Assembly: GCF_004010195.1 (NCBI RefSeq)
Contig: NC_057753.1
Span: 11,344,049 to 11,408,048, forward strand
Origin: Chiloscyllium plagiosum
Lineage: Eukaryota
DNA length: 64,000 nucleotides
Direction: 5' to 3'
Shown here piece after piece: positions 48,269 to 62,313 of this stretch; the stretch's first letter is position 1; the number at the start of each line of letters is the position of its first letter. Below the pieces are notes generated by a model that did no database searches, was not told where the DNA came from, and was given only the letters and a program-made list of their open reading frames with translations. A program made the translations under genes and the position numbers.

Positions 48269-48629
48269 TCTAACTTATTCTTTACCTGCTCAAATAATCC
48301 TAACAGATTAATCAGACAATGACCTCCTCTTGTCAAAGCTGTGCAGACTCAGTCCTGTTTTACCACGCAATAAATACTTTGCACTCTTACCCTTCATAAT
48401 GTCTGTTCAGTTTACACATTTTACCATAAAGAAGCTGTTCTGTTCATTAAAACATAATCAAGTTTAAAGATTTAATATCATGCATGTACACTATCTTTGC
48501 CCCTCATAATATCTTATCCTTCTAAAGAAGTCCTTCAAAAAGATTAGCACAAGGTATGAAACTGTGCGACTGCATCAAGTAAAGGAGTTAGTAAGAATGA
48601 GAAAGGAGCAGCTAAATATCTAAACCTAC

Positions 48630-49130
48630 TCATGCAACAGTCAAGAAGGCACAACAATGCCTTTTCTTCCTCAGGAGGCTTAGGAAATTCGGCATGTCCA
48701 TAAGGGCCCTCACCAACATTTACAGATGCACCATAGAAAGCATTGTATCTGGGTTCATCACGGCCTGGTACAGCAACCGCTCTGCCCAGGACCGGAAGAA
48801 ACTACAGAAGGTTGTGTGCACAGCACAGTCCATCCTGGAAGCCAACCTCCCATCCGTGGAATCGATCTACACTTCTCGTTGCCGCAGAAAGGCTGCCAAC
48901 ATCATCAAAGACCATTCCCACCCCCACTACACCCTCTCCCGCCTGGCAGAAGATTCAGAAGCTTGAACACATGCACCAGGTTCAATAATAGCTTCTTCCC
49001 TACCATCATTGACCTCTCAAATGTCAAATCTAATGTTGACCTTGCCTTTGTGCACCTTCTGTGCAACCTTGCGTTTTGCCTCACTGTCTCTAAGAACTGT
49101 ATGACCTACATGTCCTTGTTTGCTAAGGTC
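48630..49130 (+). mobile_element. Rex1/Babar-like LINE 3' fragment
   Basis: LTNIYRCTIESIVSGFITAWY...KAANIIKDHSHP translation. A related fragment lies at 63380-63550 (-). Confidence 0.75.
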
Positions 49131-49179
49131 TGACTGTACTGCTCACAAAACCAAACCTTTGTCTGAACTTGGGTACATA

Positions 49180-50025
49180 GAACATAGCTCAGCACAATAC
49201 AGGCCCTTCAGTACTCAATGTTGTGTTGGCCTTTTATCCTACTCTAAGATCAGATTAACCTACAAAGCCTTCATTGTACTAACTTCCACATACCTATCCA
49301 AGAGTTGCTTAAATGTCCCTAATGTATCCGACTCTCCTACCACTGCTGGCAATGTGTTCCATGCACCCACCACTCTCTGAGTAAAAACCCTACTCTGACA
49401 TCTCCCCTAAACCTTCCTCCAATAACCTTAAAAATATGCCCCCTTATAATAGACATTTCTGCCAAGGCTAACCACTCTGTCTATGTGTCTCAATATCTTA
49501 TACACCTCTATCAAATCACCTCTCAACCTTCTTCGCTCCAATGAGAAAAGCCCCAGCTCCGTCAACCTTTCTTCATAAGACATGCCCTCCAGTCCAGGCA
49601 GCATCCTGGTAAATCTCCTCTGCACCCTCTCTGAGCTTTCACATCTTTCCTGTAATGAGGCGACCAGAACTGAACACAATATTCCAAGTGTGGTCTAACC
49701 AGGACTCTATAGAGCTGCAGCATAACCTCACAGCTCTTAAACTCAATCCCCTTGCTAATGAAAGCCAACACACCATATGCCTTCTTAATAACCCTATCAA
49801 CTTGGTAACAACTTTGAGGGATCTGTGGGCATGGACCCCAAAATCCCTCTGTTCCTCCACACTGCCAAGAATCCTGCCTTTAACCTTGTATTCTGCATTC
49901 AAATTTGACCTTCCAAAGTGATGGTTGAGCACCATCTGCCACTTATCAGCCTAGTTTGGCATCTTGTCAATAGCTTGTTGCAACCTACAACAGCCCTCCA
50001 TACTATCCACAATTCCTCCAACTAA
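49180..50025 (-). mobile_element. CR1 LINE 3' fragment
   Basis: [34 protein letters not shown]. Confidence 0.88.
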
Positions 50026-50174
50026 TTGTGGTACATGTGGCAATAAATCAAATCAAATCAACAAGCTCTCACAAGAGCCCTCAGAGGGAATCTGACCTGT
50101 TTCTCATGCCGATTCAACATTCTTGCATCTGTCCTGATGGCAGATCAAGAGGCCATCCTTTTTGACAGACAAAT

Positions 50175-50525
50175 ACATGTGTCAAGCTGAGGAAACAAAG
50201 CCTGTCAATCTCTATAATGAACACAGATCTCAACCAACCTGTTCCAGAGTCTGTCCCCTCCCCTGGATTGACTTCCTTTCCCTCCAGCTCCTACAAACCA
50301 ACAGTTGAACTCCAGGATGAGAAAAGGAAGGGAAGGTGAGAAAAGAGAGACATTGGAGGGAGGAACTTGCAGTCTGAGGTGAAGCTCAATCTTCATTCAG
50401 AGAGGAGCAGCAGCTTCAGGAGCTCATGGTCCAATGTCCGCATTCAGACAATAAGAGGGCCTTGATTGGCGGGAGGACCAGTGCTCTCCGGTCCTCCAGG
50501 GTTTTCTATTGGTTATCTCCGCTTC
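50175..50525 (-). pseudogene. Orphan copy of the ZNF promoter/first exon lacking the splice donor (module copy 3)
   Basis: CCAAT boxes; ATG at 50396 encoding MKIELHLRLQV. The CATCG|GTGAGT segment is deleted and the ETS site is altered (GCGGACAT). Confidence 0.75.
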
Positions 50526-51364
50526 CATCAGAACAATAAGGGGCATAGAACCACACCGATCTCACATGTGCACTTGCAGCACCCTCACCGCTTTCACTGG
50601 TACTGCCTGCGGCCCATAGAGCGGTGTCTGGAGTGCATGGGATTGTGGGAGGTAAAGCTGCCATTACCCTCTATCTCCAGTACCACACGACCGCACTGGA
50701 TTAAAGTAATGAAAGCAAGTGTCCCATCTACCTTCTTAACCTTCCTATTCACGTGTTAGTGAAGTACACACGAGACAATCTTTAATTGATTTTAGATTTG
50801 AAACACTACAGATGTTTAACTGTAAACTCTATTTTCACTTCAATACATCACTCTTTATCTGTCCTCAAATAATGACCGAATCAATACTCTCCATCTCTCC
50901 CTCCTTAACGCTGATTTTTATTTTAGTTTTCAGACTCTGTTTCCATAATTTATTAAAAGTTACTAGTGGTACAGGGGCATCGCTGGCTGGACAGCATTTA
51001 GTTCCCTTTGAGAAGGTAGTGGTGAGCTGCCTTCTTGAACCGCTGCAGTCCTCGCGCTGTACGGTGACCCACAATGCCACAAGGGGAGCGAAATCCCAGG
51101 ATTTTGACCCAGCAAGACTGAAGGAAGAACAATATATTTTCAAGTCAAGATGGTGAGTGGTTTGGAGGGGTACTTGCAAGTGGTTGTGTTCCCAAGTATC
51201 TATTGTCCTGGCCCTTTGAGATGGAAGTGGTTGTTCATTTAGAACATATTGTTTAAGGATCTTTGGTGGCTTTCTGCGGTGCATATTGGAATACATGTGT
51301 CAAGCTGAGGAAACAAAGCCTGTCAATGTTGATAATGAACACAGATCTCAACCAACCTGTTCCA

Positions 51365-52110
51365 GAGTCTTGGAAGAGGGAGTCGAAGGGTGGGTCAGTA
51401 AATTTGCAGACGATACGAAGATTGGTGGAGTTGTGGATAGTGCGGAGGGCTGTTGTCAGCTGAAAAGGGACTTAGATATGATGCAGAGCCGAAAATGTGT
51501 AGCTGGAAAAGCGCAGGTCAGGCAGCATCCAGGGAACAGGAGAATCGACGTTTCGGGCATAAGCTCTTCTTCAGATATGATGCAGAGCTGGGCTGAGGAG
51601 TGGCAGATGGAGTTCCACCCTGTCAAGTGTGAGGTTGTCCATTTTGGAAGGACAAATAAGAATGCGGAATACAGGGTTAATGGTAGGGTTCTTAGTAAGG
51701 TCTACGTTCATAGATCTTTGAAAGTTGCCACTCAGGTGGATAGAGCTTGTAAGAAGGCCTATGGTGTATTAGCATTCATTAGCAGAGGGATTGAATTCAA
51801 GAGTCGTGATGATCAGAGGCATAGATAGAGTAGACAGTCAGAAACTTTTTCCCCGGGCACAACCGAGTGTTACAAGGGGACATAAATTTAAGGTGAAGGG
51901 TGGAAGGTATAGGGGAGATGTCAGGGGTGGGTTCTTTACCCAGACAGTGGTGGGGGCATGGAATGCGCTGCCTGTGGGAGTGGCAGAGTCAGAATCATTG
52001 GTGACCTTTAAGCGGCAATTGGATAGGTACATGGATGGGTGCTTAAGCTAGGACAAATGTTCAGCACAACATCATGGGCTGAAGGGACTGTTCTGTGCTG
52101 TATTGTTCTA
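51365..52110 (+). mobile_element. CR1 LINE RT/3' fragment with an inserted hammerhead cassette (51490-51572, -)
   Basis: SKFADDTKIGG. TSD AGATATGATGCAGAGC at 51474 and 51573. Confidence 0.88.
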
Positions 52111-52498
52111 TATTGTAGATGGTACACTACTGCTTCTGAACATTGGTGGCAGAGGGAGTGGGTGCATGTGGATATGGTGTCAATCAAGCAGACTACTTTG
52201 TCCTGGATGGTATCAAGCTTTTTGAGTGCTGTTGAAGTTGCATTCATCTAAGCTAGTGGGACAGTATTTTGTCACACTGCTGACTTGTGCCTTTCAAAGA
52301 TGGACAGATTTTGGGGAGTCAGGAGGTGAGTTACTTGCCACAGTATTCCTGGCCTCTGACCTGCTCTTGTAGTCACTTTGGTGAGTCTAGTTGAGTTTCT
52401 CCTCAATGGTAAACCCCAAGGATGTTGATAGTGGGGTATTTAGTGACAGTAACACCAATGAATGTCACGGGGCAGTGGTCAGATTATCTATTTTGGGA

Positions 52499-53190
52499 TG
52501 TTATGATCCGGGTTAAACCCTCCTGCTTAATTTAAACCAGCAACACAGAAAAAAATTATCCCACGCTGTAATCTGTGAAAATTCAAAAGGCCAAGAACTA
52601 TTTAAAGGAAAAATTAACCATTTTATTTCTTAAAGTATAACAGAGAACCATTAACTATCAACTATTTACAACTTCTTCCTCTATCCTGTCTTTTACCTTC
52701 CCTTCTATAGTACTTATCCAATAAAATCTCCCAATTGAGATTTATCAAAAATTTAAGTTTTGAAAACCAGCCAGCTGTCAAATCTTCTATTTGGATCTTC
52801 CTGTGTCTTCTTTTCTTCTTGGGAGATTCTGCTTCACAGGTCACAAATTGATAAAGGTACCTTTAAGAGAGGTATTCTCCAGCAGTCTGCAGATGTCGTT
52901 AGCTTGGCAGTTTCCCTGGTCTTATGCCCCCAAAGAATTGGATTGTGTCATTGGCTTTTAAGATTTTCAATATACTAAATTCAAACTTGATTGGAGTTTG
53001 GTTTTTTTTGGAGTGTCATTTAACTGAATGGCTTAATTCAAATCTGATTTGTTGTTTCCAGGCAACCCAGCTAATTTCAGTTTCAACCAAGTATGACATT
53101 GTTACTTTATTCAGAACGCTTGATGCTGTCAGGTAGCTCTGCGGCCTTTTAACTCTCTTAAAGTTACAGTACCCCCACATCTTTGTAACA
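52499..53190 (-). mobile_element. Solo LTR (Gypsy-like), 692 bp, inserted in an old LINE
   Basis: Termini TGTTA...TAACA; 4-bp TSD GGGA at 52495-52498 and 53191-53194. Strand is tentative (minus-strand AATAAA near 52622). Confidence 0.85.
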
Positions 53191-56099
53191 GGGATGAGTC
53201 ATTGCTTGGATGTATGTTACTTGCTACTCATCAGCCAATTGGATATTGTTAAGATCTTGTTGCATTTGAAACTGAACTGCTTCAGGATGTGAGGAGTTGT
53301 GAATAGTGCTCAATGTTGTGCAATTATTGGTGAATATTTCCACTTCTGACCTTATGATGGAGGAAGGTCATTGATGAAGCAGCTGAAGATGGTTGGGTCT
53401 CGAACAATACCCTAAGGGACTCCTACAGAGACGTCCTGTAGCTGAGATGACTGACCTTTAACAACCATAGCCATGACTTAACCAGTAAGACACACCAACA
53501 ATATTTCAAAACTAATTGAAGAAATATGTATGAGATGCCCCTCTTCTGGGTGTCTCCAGTGCCAGCTTTTCTGTTCGAGAAACAATCTGATAAGTGTTGA
53601 CTTTCATCTGGGCAGTTTCCTTTCTCTCCAACATTTGTTTCACGTTAGCAAGATCAATCCTTCTTCACTTTTCGGGAGAATGTAATATGCTTAATATCTG
53701 TGAACATTCCGTGGGAAAACTGTAGTCCGCCAGCTATAGAGAATTTCTCTGAAAATATTTGACAAATGTCCTGCTTCCACAAGACCCAGTGTTCCCAAAG
53801 TTAAAATACTTTTAACAGCCCCTTTAGATTTTCCAGAATTCTCAGGAAAGGGGGACATGTGCCACTTTTACCCACCACAAATCTCCTGAAACTGGGTGTA
53901 CTAACAAAAATCCAGGCAGGAAGATTATCAGTTAAAAAAAAAGTCTGGTTTCAGACATAGAGTTATCGAATTATAGAGTCACACCGCACAGAAACAGATC
54001 CTTCGGTTCAACTCATCCATGCTGACCAGATATCCCAATCCGACCCAGTCCCAATTTCCAGCATTTGGTCCATATAAACCCAAATTATTCAGCCAGATGT
54101 CTTCTAAATAATTGTACCCATCTCCACAACTTCCTCTGGCAACTTGTTCCACACACACAGATGAAAATGTTGTCCCTGAGGTCCCTTTTAAACCTTCTCC
54201 TTCTCACCTTAAAGATATGCCCTCTAGTTTTGGACTCCCCCATCTTGGGGAAAAAGACATTGGCTATTCACTCTCTCCATGCCCCTCATGATTTTATAAA
54301 CCTCCATGAGGTCATCCCTCAGGCTCTGATGCTCCAGGGTGAAAAATCCCCAGCCACTCACTATAACTCAAAACCTCCAGTCCTAGCAACATCCCTGTAA
54401 ATCTTTTGTGCATCGTCTCAAGTTTAACAGGGTTCTTCCAAATGAATGGTGACCAACCTTCTGCACAGTCTCACCAATGTCCTGTACAGACACAACATGA
54501 CATCCCAACTCCTATACTCAAAACTGTGACCCATGAAAGCAAGCACTTTCTTGCTTTCACGTCTTCTCATGATTCCACTTTCAAGGAATTAAGCGAGTGC
54601 CCTTCTGGGACTATTTGTTCAGCAACACTCTACAGGGCTCTACCATGCACTGTGTAAGTCTGTCCTGCTTAGTCTTCTCCAATTTTCTTCCATTTTCCCA
54701 CACAGCCTTGTCTTGTTGACTTTGTCTGAGCAGAGTGAACACTTTCTCTTTTTCACAGCCTCATTAACACCCATACAATATCTCAATCGCTCCTTCACCA
54801 TCGTTAGCAATCTATGCCTTTGGCTCTGGGTACTCTCACCGTGTGCTCCCCTCGCTCTTACTCCCCACTCGGTCTTCAGCATTTTCCAACCCCTTTCAGT
54901 TCTGAACAAGAGTGAAATCAGACTCTAGACATTAACTGTTCCTTGCTCCACACACATTTCCTGATCTGAAGACTTCGTCCAGCACACAAGGATAGAAATG
55001 TCAGTATCTATTTCTCCAAATGTCATGTTTGATTTGCCCATGACACATTCCTTGAATTTGGAGTGTTCAATTGTAGTGTTTAATTAGGGTCCATCAAAAG
55101 CTTGTCTTGTCCTAGTGCAGAACCAACTCAACTGACTGAACAAGCTGCACAGTTCTCTGTAAGCTCTTTAGATGTGACATCCTCTCTCTCTCGTTAATCC
55201 AAACGAGGACTACAGAGACAGGAAGTACCATTCTCTCTAAACACTATTGCTGATCCACAGTTATTCCAGACTTACATGCGTAACATCTAAACCTAAATAG
55301 TTAATGTTCCTCAGCCTGAACTCCCACAAAGTATAGAATGGCTTCAGCACAGAAGGAACATGCTCTACTGGAATGATGTCTGTTCTTAAATTCCACATTA
55401 AGTTTATTATTGTATTAATCTGTTATAAATGCTGTATGTTTTTGAAAGGCACAGAGAGGCATATTTCTTCTGGAACCCTATTAGAGATTTCTGATCACAG
55501 AATCATACAGTACAGAAAAGGCTCTTTGGCCCATCAAGTCTGTAATACCAAGAATATATTATCACTTACACTAGAGTCATGGAGCTGTACAGCATGGAAC
55601 CAGACCCTTTGGTGTCCAAAACTAGAGGGCATAGATTGAAGGTGGGCGAGGAAGGGGACCTAAGGGACAACGTTTTCACACAGAGTCGTGCTTGTATGGA
55701 ATGTCCTGCCAGAGGAAGTGGTGGAAGCTGGTACAATTACATTTCAAAGGCATCTGGATGGATACATGCATTGACAGAGATATGAGTCAAATGGGACAAG
55801 ATTAATTTAGGATATCTGGACCATGTTGGACTGTGTCTGTGCTGCACAGCTCTATGGTGGGGACATAACCTATACCCACATTCCCCCCTCCATCCTACCA
55901 CTTGTGTGGCTCAGACCCTGGGAACATCAGTGGGTCAGCAGACCCTAACAATTTCTAAATACCCCCAGGCATTTCTCGCAAAAGCCACTTGGATTGTAAG
56001 CTGTCGTCAGAAACTTTAGTTTTCCTTTTTGTCCGACCTTCAGCACTGGACAAGCACGGTCTGTTCCCGTCGTGGGATCGTGTTCATATAGCGACCAAA

Positions 56100-57056
56100 A
56101 TCAGTGAGTGGTGAAAATAGCCTCTTTATTCAGCAACTACAAGGAGTACAAGTTTGTGGTGGTGATGGACTCCTGAAATACCGTCCTTACAGCAGCCTCT
56201 TTACACACAGTTCTGACATATATTAAAATTCTATCACTCTGGAGTTACATTGTTTTATCTATTGTACACAGAGGCTTGGGTGACGTCTGTCCTGGGGAAA
56301 CAGAAGATGGTTTAAACGTGTGCTAAATACTGCCTGCTACTCCCAATAGGATTGAGAGTGTCTGTGTGGTCTGCTGCATAATTCAAAGGAGTTAGTCCTT
56401 TTGTCTTTTAAGTTAGCAAATGTCAGTAAAAAAATCCTGGGCCTGTATGATCTAAATACATTAGAGATTGTACCTTCACTGAATAAAAGAATAAAGGATA
56501 TTAAACAGCTTACCCCGGCTGGATTGTTTACTATTTGCCAGCATGAATTTCATTCATTTATGCAATTTCATGGAAGCACAGTCTAAGTTTCTTAAAGAGG
56601 ATAGTGGCTACGAGTTGGAGAAAACGTTTGATGTTCTGTATCTATTCGGGTCCCGAGAGATGGATGGTAAGGGCCGATTAATATTATAATCGTTTGTGGA
56701 GACTTGGTGGTGCTTTGAATATGTTCTGATATTAAGTTATTCAGAGTTAGCTTTTGACGTAGAAATAGACCTAAACACTGCTTGTAACAAGAGGTGATAA
56801 GGATTGAAGGTGTGAAAAAGCAGGAATGAGTTGAAAAGAGTATTTTAATTTAGTCTATCTTGCAATAGTAAAATATACTACAAAAGTACAGTTTTATGAA
56901 TGAAGGAATAAAACCGCGTTATAGGAAGGAGTTATGAATGAAGAAATGTGGTGTTATTAGATAATGAGCTATTGTCAGCAAGTTAGTAAAGACCGATGTA
57001 AATATAAAGTGTTTGTGAGTGGGTTAGCAAGAGACCTATAATACAATATCTCACAC
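56100..57056 (-). mobile_element. Candidate LTR (AT-rich, ~0.95 kb) with short downstream leader
   Basis: Starts TGTGAG where homology to 27525-27630 ends; TATA-like at ~56220, AATAAA at ~56127, followed by TTTTGG. I cannot match a PBS to a known tRNA. Confidence 0.35.
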
Positions 57057-57234
57057 CATGTTACCGTCCTGACAGCTTTGCGGGGAAGGGAGTAACTGGA
57101 GCCAATCTTAACATGGGGTAGATTTCTTCATAGAGTCAAACATGACCGTTATACACCTCCACTGCATGTTCCAAATTAGTAAGTGTGTCCTAATCGGTCC
57201 TCAACTGACCAGTGAATGTATGCCCTCTTGAATA

Positions 57235-58149
<915 letters not shown>

Positions 58150-58157
<8 letters not shown>

Positions 58158-59247
58158 TGTGGACCCGCTGGTGTTTCTGCAGGACGGAGGACTGAGTGAA
58201 CCCCTTCCCGCACACGGAGCAGGTGAACGGCCTCTCCCCAGTGTGGACCCGCTGGTGTCTCTGCAGGTTGGAGGACTGAGTGAACCCCTTCCCGCACACC
58301 GAGCAGGTGAACGGCCTCTCCCTGGTGTGGACCCGCTGGTGTTTCTGCAGGGCAGATGAATGGGTGAACCCCTTCCCACACACGGAACACGTGAACGGCC
58401 ACTCCCCGGTGTGGAGGTGCTGATGTGTCAGCAGATCGGACGAATTAGTGAACCCCTTCCCACACAGTGAGCAGGTGAACGGCCTCTCCCCACCGTGGAC
58501 CCACTGGTGCTTCTGCAGGTTGGAGAACTGAGTGAACCCCTTCCTGCAGACAGAGCAGGTGAATGGCCTCTCCCTGGTGTGGACCCGCTCGTGTCTCCGC
58601 AGGGCAAATGAACGGGTGAAGCCCTTCCCGCACGCAGAGCACGTGAACGGCCACTCCCCAGTGTGGAGGTGCTGGTGCATCAGCAGGTCGGATGAATTAG
58701 TAAATCCCCTCCCGCATATGGAGCAGGTGAATGGCCTCTCCCTGGTGTGGACAAGCTGGTGTTTCCACAGGGCGGATGAATTGGTGAAGCCCTTCCTGCA
58801 CACAGAGCAGGGGAAAGGTCTCTCCCCGCTGTGTACCCACTGGTGGGTCAGCAGTTTAGATGACTGAGTGAACCCCTTCCCACACTCAGAGCAGGTGAAT
58901 GGCTTCTCTCCTGTGTGGACCCGCTGGTGCGTCTGCAGGTTGCCCATTCGCGTGAACCCCTTCCCACACACTGAGCAGATGAACGGCTTCTCCCCCGTGT
59001 GGATCCGCTGGTGTGACTGCAGATGGCCAATCTGACTGAATCCCTTCCCGCACACGGAGCAGGTGAATGGCTTCTCCCCAGTGTGGACCCGCTGGTGTCT
59101 ATGCAGGGTGGATGAGTTGGTGAAGCCCTTCCCGCACACAGAGCAGGGGAACGGTCTCTCCCTAGTGTGACCGCACCGATGGCATTCAAGCAACGACAGC
59201 AATTCAAATTCCTTCCCACAGTCCCCACATTTCCACGGTTTCTCCAT
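58150..59247 (-). CDS. ZNF-C: tandem C2H2 zinc-finger protein, 365 aa from MEKPWKC, 13 fingers
   Basis: Open frame with 13 fingers; ATG at 59247 is homologous to the ZNF-A and ZNF-B starts. Acceptor TTTTACAG|G at 59591/59590. The stop is TE-derived. Confidence 0.85.
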
Positions 59248-60774
59248 CACGTGGGAATCCTCGTCTCTCTCCAGCTTCGACAATCAGTTGAAAGACTACT
59301 CACCCACACAATGTGTTCTGTCTCTTGCTGCTGCGAATGGGGTGTTGCTATTTCAGACTGCGTAACCGATTGAAGCTCTTCCCACAGTCAGTTCACTGGG
59401 ACACTCTCAGTCAGGTCTGTGTGCCTCAGTCTCACTGATATTTGAAACCTTTCGAAGCAGGCAGGACAGAAGAGAATTAAAAAATCCTGCAAGATTCAAA
59501 GGCTGATGAGACTCCCGTGCCAATGAATTGATTGTCTCTATCGGATCTTGTTTTGAGATTTCTGGCTGCAATTCCTTCCTTTCTCGTATCCTGTAAAAGG
59601 AGATTACACAAGATAGAAACTCCAAAACAGACAGTTCTGGTTCTTGTGGAACGTTCTTTCTCCTCTCCTTCCCTCAAAATTGTGGATCTCAACACTACAG
59701 TTTCCCTCCATTCTCACTCTGCTGTTCCTATTACTGCCCCACTCCAAATTCTCCTAAAAATACTGAAAAATGTTGACTGACAGTTCTTTGCTTGCATCGT
59801 CCTGCCCTGAACACAGTTTGTCACAGATTGGACCATTCAGCTCATGGGGTTTGCTCTGCAATTCCTTAAGATCATGTCTGTTCTGCTGTGGCCTTATCTC
59901 CATTTCCGACCGGTTCTCCATACCCTTCCATCTCCCTGTCACTCAAAACTATGTTCAATTCAGCCTTGAATACTTTCCATGAACCAGTCTCCATTACTCT
60001 TGGTGGGGGAGCATTCCACCAGCTAACAAGAGAGAATAAATTGCTCATTTCCACCAGATATGGGAGAGCCCTTATTTTTAATCTGTGTCAGTGAGTTCGA
60101 GATTCTCTAACAAAGAAGTATTTTAACCAAATCTGTCCTGACAAGCCCCCCTCAGAATTCTATTAGTTTAAATAAGGTCACCTCTCAGTCATCTAAACCC
60201 AAGGACTAGAGACTCATCTGCCATAAGGAAAGGGTGGGACCTTTTTCACTGGAGCATAGGAGATGAGCGGGCACCTGATAGAAGTTTATAAAATAATGAG
60301 GTACAGATGCAGTTGATGGGTGCTTTCTCTTCCCTAGAATGGGGCATTTCAAGACTGGGTGGCACATTTTTCAGGTTTTTAAAAAACATAGATGGTTCAT
60401 GTGTGGTTTGAAATTCCCAAGGAAGAGGTGGGATACGGGTACAACTGCAACATTTAAAAGTAATTTGGATAGGGGATTGATTAGGAAAGGATTGGAGGTA
60501 TAAAGGCCAGGAGCATGCAGGTGAGGACGAGTTAGTTTGGGATCATGTTGAGCATGGACTGGTTGGATTGAAGATTCTGTTTCTATGGTGTATGACTATG
60601 ACTCTACAACTGTACTGCCAAGCAGCTAGTGATAATATGCCATCCTGTTAAATGTTAACCATCTCCTGGGGAAGACAGCCCCTTTCATTGACAGCATTAA
60701 CCAAACAAATGAATCGATCAAGTTAAGGAAGCGAAGCCTGTCAATGTCTACAATAGAGAGACCAAATCAACCGT

Positions 60775-60901
60775 TGTTTAGATCAGAGTGTTGCTGGAAA
60801 AGCACAGCAGGTCAGGCAGCATCCGAGGATCAGGAAAATCGAAGTTTCGGGCAAAGGTCCTTCATCAGGAAGAGAGGGGGGCGGAGATGACGACCTGGGG
60901 G

Positions 60902-60936
<35 letters not shown>

Positions 60937-61145
60937 AAGAAAGAGAGACTTCTTCAAGGCAGGCATCCTTGCAAGAGGATTCGCAGTAGGGTTAAAATCA
61001 ACTAGGTAAAAACAAGGATTGCAGATGCTGGAAACCAGAGTCTGGATCAGAGTGGTGCTGGAAAAGCACAGCAGGTCAGGCAGCATCCGAGGGGCAGGAA
61101 AATCGACGTTTCGGGTAAAAGCCCTTCAATCAGGAAGATGCAGGA
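60775..61145 (-). mobile_element. Tandem (direct) dimer of the hammerhead cassette with internal spacer
   Basis: Two cassettes 264 nt apart. Flanking AGACCAA(A/G)TCAACCGT at 60759-60774 and 61146-61161. Confidence 0.8.
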
Positions 61146-61247
61146 AGACCAAGTCAACCGTCCGAGCCTGCCCTCTCCCTGTATTCATTTGCTTTCAATT
61201 CATGAAAATGAGCATTTTAAGCCCAGGCTGAGAACAGAGAGTGCTGT

Positions 61248-61650
61248 GCTCACCGATGTTGGACAGAGGAAGTAAGTTGCAGTCTGGGGTGAGGCTCAAT
61301 CTTCATTCAGAGAGAGAGGAGCAGCAGCAGCTCATGTTCCAACTTCCGCATTCAGGCAATGGGTGGCTCTGATTGGCAGGAGGACCAGATTACTTCTGGT
61401 CCTCCGAGGATTGGCAATTGGCTCACAATGGTCTTGTGTGACGCACGGGCGGTTGGCCATTAGGAGGGCAAGCGGTTTGGTACACGGGCTCGTCACTGGC
61501 CGGCTCCGTGAAGCCCCCGCCCCTTACCGTTGACGTCACAATGCGGATGCAGCCCTGTCAGTTTCAGAGTGAAACTCCGCCCCCTCTGGGCAACATCTGG
61601 GAGCAAAGCAATGTCTCCCCCCTTTTCCACTCCTCATCCTGGGAGGAAAC
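61248..61650 (-). promoter_or_regulatory. Promoter and first exon of ZNF-C (module copy 4) plus an adjacent CRE/GC-box module
   Basis: Donor CATCG|GTGAGC at 61254/61253, ATG at 61306, GCGGAAGT, several CCAAT, TGACGTCA at 61531, GC boxes. Confidence 0.75.
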
Positions 61651-62277
61651 ACTGTTCATTTGTAGCAGCTCGGTAAAAACAATGACTGCAGATGCTGGAA
61701 ACCAGAATCTGGATCAGAGTGGTGCTGGAAAAGCACAGCAGGTCAGGCAGCATCCAAGGGAGAGTATTAATGCAGTTGTTGAACTGCATCCGCTGCAGCC
61801 GGTGTGGCCTCCTCTATATTGGGGAGACAGGCCGCCTACTTGCGGAGCGATTCAGAGAGCACCTCTGGGCCACCCGGACGAACCAACCCAACCACCCTGT
61901 GGCACAGCATTTCAACTCCCCCTCCCACTCCACCGAGGATATGCAGGTCATTGGACTCATCCACCGCCAAACCACAACAACCCGACGGTCGGAGGAGGAG
62001 CGTCTTATCTTCCGACTGGGAACCCCCCAACCGCAGGGGATGAACTTGGACTTCACCAGTTTCTTCATCCCCCCTCCCCCCACCTTGTCTCAGCCGGATC
62101 CTTCCAGCCCGGCACCGCCTTCCTGACCTGCAGTCTTCTTCTTGACCTCTCCGCCTCCACCCTACTCCGACCTATCACCCTCACCTTGACCTCTTTCCAC
62201 CTATCACATTTCCAACGCCCCTCCTCCAAGCCCCTCCTCCCTACCTTTTATCTTCTCCTGCTGAACACTCTCTGCTC

Positions 62278-62313
62278 ATTCCTGAAGAAGGGCCTGTGCC
62301 CGAAACGTCGAAT
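62278..62313 (+). ncRNA. Minimal type-I hammerhead ribozyme motif (best-preserved copy)
   Basis: ATTC-CTGAAGA-A-GGGC(CTGT)GCCC-GAAACGTC-GAAT: stem I ATTC/GAAT, both core boxes, stem II, and palindromic ACGT in place of stem III. Confidence 0.8.

Noticed and set aside
56060..56100. TGGTCGCTATATGAACAC as a retroviral primer-binding site
   Set aside because: I cannot match it to a known tRNA 3' end, and no gag/pol follows.
59248..59283. ORF-track N-terminal extension of ZNF-C ([12 protein letters not shown])
   Set aside because: Begins at TTG within a decayed finger; the ATG homologous to the paralogs is at 59247.
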